Part shown: in pieces, positions 54,308 to 64,000 of the stretch | How the letters are laid out: each line of letters opens with the position of its first letter | Numbering within the stretch: the stretch's first letter is position 1 | Assembly: GCA_023515725.1 (NCBI GenBank) | Contig: JALDTO010000179.1 | Span: forward strand, 330,053-394,052 | DNA length: 64,000 bases | Direction of reading: 5' to 3' | Source of the DNA: Amoeboaphelidium protococcarum X5 | Lineage: Eukaryota > Fungi > Aphelidiomycota | The notes under the pieces: generated by a model | Told to the model about the DNA's origin: nothing | Databases searched by the model: none | What the model saw: the letters and a program-made list of their open reading frames with translations, nothing else | Made by a program: the position numbers and the translations under genes

Positions 54308-54469
54308 TAATAATTGTAGACTTAAGTTATTATTCCATCTTCTGGTTGGAAATTTATCTTTTAATTCTCTTTAGTCTTTGAGGCCATCTTTACTAATTTT
54401 CTTTCCCGCTTGAGTTTAAAGCATTTTCATTAGCTCACGTATACACATATTACATAGTAGATTCAAGAC

Positions 54470-55022
54470 ATGACGTGGGAATCGGGTCTCTTTCTATTCG
54501 CTGTATTCATGGCAGCTGTACTCTTATTTATTATGGTGTTCTTTGTAAGATCATGCTCTGGCTATGGTAGTTCAAGATATCCGATATGTGTTTACGATCT
54601 ACATGTAGATTATAATGTTTTCAGATTTGGAATGTGATTTTATTAATCCTATAGATTTATGTAAAAAACTTAATCAGGTAAGCGATTCATACTGGAATAA
54701 ATTTAGTGGTTCAATTTCTATTCTGTGTATTAATGAGTGTGTGTGTGTCTGCGTGTAGTTCATCTTGCCCGAATATGCTCTTCATGCCGTGTTGGTGGTC
54801 ATGTTCCTGTTGGGTGGATAGTTTATGGCACTGGCGTGGAATCTCCCCTTGCTTGGTTATCACGTATACAACTTTTAAAAGTAGAGACACGTCTTGGATG
54901 CCACTGAGATATTCCGGACACTTGGTATGCACAAGAAGGAGGCTTTTGCTAAGCTTGGGTTCTACATGCTCTCGTTTTTCTACTATCTTTATAGAATGAT
55001 TCTGGCTCTATTAGAGGGTTGA
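54470..55022 (+). CDS. ERV14: ER cargo receptor Erv14/cornichon; introns 54545-54608 and 54678-54758
   Basis: '[23 protein letters not shown]|FILPEY', '[10 protein letters not shown]', '[12 protein letters not shown]'. Confidence 0.9.
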
Positions 55023-55269
55023 TATGTATAATTGAATTGGAATTGATAAACATTGATTTTACTTGGTACTCCCAACTGAATGTCATGAGTTGATTATATA
55101 TATACACTGTAGCTTCATCATTTGATTAATCGCTTCTTAACTTATACATCACTTCTATTGTATTTTTCATGATTTTATCATTCTATACATGATTTATTCT
55201 CAATAGTTATCGTATGCCATAATAGACGCGTGTAGAAGTAAAAGTATCATCTGTCTATCCAATTATCGT

Positions 55270-57657
55270 TCAGATTAGTCTAAATTCAGCACAAAGTGGG
55301 ATATGATCAGATGGGAACGTGTAATTGGGAAATCCAAAACTTTCGACACCTTCAATAGAGAAGAGCTGCTGCTATTGCAATTAATCCAGAGGTCCATTCT
55401 GGCGAAGTGTATTCGTCATCATGAACAGAGAGGTGGTCTCTTGATTGTGGTCCATCGCCAGTCTGACATGATCCTGCTTGGCCACAGCGTCCGGATTGAT
55501 ATCTTTAACGGTACTCTGATCCTTATGCAGCAGGTAGCCACCCAATACTCTTTCTAGGTGTAGCGAGTCAGAGTGAAAGATGTAATCAATAGCACCGGTG
55601 AAAGAGTCTGTATGATTTGTAAATGGAAGTCCAACTACACCATCCGCAGTTACATCTCTATCTTCCACAGATCTATACGCACTTAGTAGCTATTTGCCTA
55701 AATGATGCTGGCACGCGTCTCTGCTTGATATCCTGCCATAATCAGACTCTTTCCAACTGCGAAACTTTTTAATTAATTGCTATGATTCCGTATCTGGATC
55801 CACTTCATCATCGCTATCAATTGCATCAACAATATTCAAATTTGATATTTCATCAGTGCCTTGACCATCATACACCACTTCATTTTAAGTGGATATGCTG
55901 TCAGTGCTTTTCACTTTGACAGGTGGTGATGTGTCACTAAAGCATGGCGCCATATCTTTGTGCTCTCCAATATTAGATACTCCATCATCATCAGATGAGG
56001 TGACATAGGCATACACTAGACTGGTTGGTAGAGAGTTGAAATCTCCAGTAAGAACGATATCGATGTCCTGAATGTGTGGAAATTTCTACAATACCAACTG
56101 GTAATACTTTTTCATCTCATCCAACAACATTACAGTCTATACGAACTTAACATCCGCAAACTGAGGATCCCAATGTATGTGAACATTCACCACGAATATG
56201 AACTTGTCTCTGTTGATCATTGACTGCAACACACAACCAACAGCTATATTGTCCTTACTCACAAATCTCTGGAATAGAATATCACTCTTCACAAAGTCAT
56301 TTCTATTTAAAGCCAAGCGGGAGAATTCGGCAGTGAATGGCTTCATGTCTAATCGCTAGAAAAATTGAGTATTCCACAATATCGAACAACCATCAGATCC
56401 AGGCAGACGATTATCGTTGCCTTTACTGTTATTAGGTGCAGTGTTAGTATAATCATTAGAGTTTTATTGTAAATTAGAGGAGGACGTCTGGGGAGATGGA
56501 ACATTATTGTATCTCTTCTACACTGACAGAAATCTCCATCGCGACTTGGGCATGAAAATTCCATCCCACAGCGAGTCTTCAAATTAAAGTGGTCTACACT
56601 ATGCATCACCTTCCTGCATCTAATGAGCACATACGAACGATGTAGATTCTGCGCCTATCCATCCACCAAGAATCCTTTACTGCCATACAGAACTTTCAAT
56701 CTCCTGCAAGCATATGATGATGCCACTCTCTCTGTAATCTTGAGACAGAGCGCGTAAGGTGAATTCAATACGGGACCATCTATACTTGAAATCAACCACG
56801 GATTACGGCGAGTGCCAGTATCTATCCATCTTCGCATATCGTTCACTCAAAATGTTGAAGGTGATGACTCTGAACGATGCCTAAAAAGGATCCTGACGCG
56901 CAGGGGAGATTTGAATCCATCGACGCACAGGATACTTGTATGGGATCAGAAGTTCCTGAGGAAGAGAGTCTCTGAGTTAGGCCACCAATCCCTCAGTACC
57001 GAGTCGGTATAGCATATCCACATAGATCCGATTTAGCTGTTAATTACCTTCAACACCTAGAAATTAGAGTCGCGGCAATAGACCAATAGTCACTGGAATA
57101 TCAGCGAGGCTATTGTCAAAGATCCAGAACTCCACTAGTTGACCCAGTTTGTAAATCTCAAAAGGAATCTGCCTAATCTAATTGGCAGATAGATCTAACA
57201 CTCTTAATTACTTTAACTGCAATATCGCTGACGGAAATTCAATAAATTGATTATGACCCAAATTCAAAACTTGCAAGTGCATAGCATAGGAATAGATGCT
57301 AGGACCCAGACGAAATAGGCGCATCCCACTCATGTCCAATCCAAACTGTCCTTTACTATTATTGTCATTACGTGATGCCAGTTTAAGATGCTTTTCGCAC
57401 GCAGCTATCGATAAATCTTGCTACGACTTTTACTCCTATTACTGATCTTTACCGTTGGTACCATTTCGCTTTGCCTTTCGAACACTTGATGTTGATGATG
57501 ATGATGACTAAGATTATTGCCGTGATTTGACAGTCTTATCTACTTAAGCTAGAAGCAACGCGTACCCGTGAGGTAAACTTCCGCAGTTCAACGATAGCTG
57601 ATATCTAAGGTAAGATTACTGCTGATAGTTTGATTTCAGTTACTAGTCTTTACCCAT
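55270..57657 (-). CDS. CCR4: CCR4 deadenylase (LRR + EEP domain)
   Basis: LRRs; 'VTFNILSERY', 'ICLQEIES', 'VNVHIHWDPQFADVK', 'GDFNSLP', 'FTGAIDYIF', 'FPSDHIPL'. Confidence 0.9.
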
Positions 57658-57848
57658 AACGCCAGCGAATGTTTAACTAAAGTAGAAAGAGCACTTACAA
57701 CGTGCAATTGTCAGAGCGATGATCAGAAGTCGAAATCGAATGAAAATTCGGCATTAAAATATCATCGTGAAAGTCCCAATATAGGTAACAACTTCTAAAT
57801 CATAAGACAGAAATCAGAATGCCAAGATAATTAATAATATTAAAGCAT

Positions 57849-60389
<2,541 letters not shown>

Positions 60390-60814
60390 ACTATGCTAGA
60401 TGTTGCTTCAGAATTAAGTGTTAATACTAGAGGTGACTCTAAAAAGCAATGGAATGAGGTGACTGGATGATACAGAGATGACTATGAACAGTAAGTGTGT
60501 ATGTAAGACAGTGAGAGTAAAGAAGAGAAAAGAGAGAACGAGACCGACTGACTTGAAACGTTTCAAACATCAGCCAGGCGCGAGAGCGGAGATGAGAAAT
60601 AGAACAGAGACTGTGAGAGATGAAACAACACCCAGACGCGTTCTTTCAAGTGTAAAACGAAAAGGTTTTGGCTGAAACGGTCAACGTGGAAACTATCTGC
60701 AGAAGATAATCATTATAAATCATCTCAATACTCGGTCAATCGTAAGATATCCTCCTTATATATATATTCCTGGCAGTGTATCAACTCAACTTTGTTCACA
60801 TGAGTGCAGCATTT

Positions 60815-63133
<2,319 letters not shown>

Positions 63134-63574
63134 AATAAACTGAAATCTTAAGTAACTCGAAAACGAAAGTTTATTCCAAAACCAGTAGATATATAGAGTT
63201 TAGATTTAAAATAACAACAACCTTCTGCTAGCTCAAGTCAACTTGCTGAGAGAGAAAGAGAAAGCACGAGAGAGTTTTGACGAAAGAGCGACCGCTTAAC
63301 ACAACTGCAGAGAGAGCGCGCTATTTTGATAGTGTGAGCTAACAGACGAACATGCGAGCAGTAGAAAGGACAGGAGTGTCTTACAGTAAAGTATATACTA
63401 GTTTACTGGTGGATTTACTGCATTACAAAAAGATCGTTCGCTTTGGCGGCAGTATACTGAAGTTGAATAAATAGATAGTCGTGTACCGAATATAGTATAA
63501 AACGGATCATAAAGTTAAAGATTACAAATGCAACTTAACTGACTTTATACCCCACATTAGAAAGCAATTGTGAA

Positions 63575-64000
63575 TCAATCATCCTCTTCATCTTCGCGGA
63601 CATCCTCTGCACCAGTGCCTTTAATAACTTTCGTGACCACCTTGACAATCAGCAAAAACCAGTATATGAGAAGAGACTGCAATAGTACAAACAGTGTCAG
63701 AAAGAAGATCCATGTGCCAACAGAGAAATATGCGCCAGGCTTACTATGGTCAATCTTTGATGATGATGATGACTGCTGATCAATTGCAAACATTGCTCTA
63801 ACCAAGTACGGGTTCCATTCGACATTCTTCAAGATATCAACAGCATCTACGTAGATCGATCGCACTATGAAGTAGTATAGAATATGCCTGGTCACTAGCC
63901 ATACAACGGTGAACAAGCCAAATAGAATATCACAAATAAACTGATACTTTTTATCTAGTAGATACTTTAGCGACTTGGCAGCACAGAGAAAGACATCCGC
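63575..64000 (-). CDS. Ceramide synthase (Lag1/Lac1, TLC domain), 3' part
   Basis: 'DVFLCAAKSLKYL', 'LFTVVWLVTRH', 'LQSLLIYWFLLIVKVV..GAEDVREDEED'. Confidence 0.85.
   Translation of the reverse strand, partial: ADVFLCAAKSLKYLLDKKYQFICDILFGLFTVVWLVTRHILYYFIVRSIYVDAVDILKNVEWNPYLVRAMFAIDQQSSSSSKIDHSKPGAYFSVGTWIFFLTLFVLLQSLLIYWFLLIVKVVTKVIKGTGAEDVREDEEDD

Overview
Gene-dense eukaryotic nuclear DNA that uses a non-standard genetic code: TAA and TAG are read as Gln and only TGA stops. The supplied ORF track is therefore badly fragmented, and I re-translated the genes by hand. Gene content is fungal-like (ChAPs exomer, Erv14, Ilv6, Crinkler effector) with few short GT-AG introns, which best fits an aphelid (Amoeboaphelidium-type algal parasite); this assignment is an inference. 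About 30 genes can be modelled, mostly housekeeping (PCI-domain protein, Rrp46, PheRS alpha and beta, Tfc4, U1-70K, eIF3d, Ccr4, kinesin-13, Sec23). There is also a set of secreted or effector-type genes: two expansin-like paralogs, a GH5, a VWD/GPI protein, a CRN pseudogene and a tandem-duplicated REase-like+kinase gene. The stand-out is a 738-aa Fanzor2/IS607-TnpB-like RNA-guided nuclease gene at 4069-6285 (-), hidden by ~27 in-frame TAA/TAG codons. It has an intact D-E-D RuvC triad but has lost its zinc-finger cysteines. It is followed by a nested stem-loop region (candidate omegaRNA) and preceded by a possible degenerate serine-recombinase (tnpA-like) remnant overlapping its start codon. 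All coordinates were read manually and no database searches were run.
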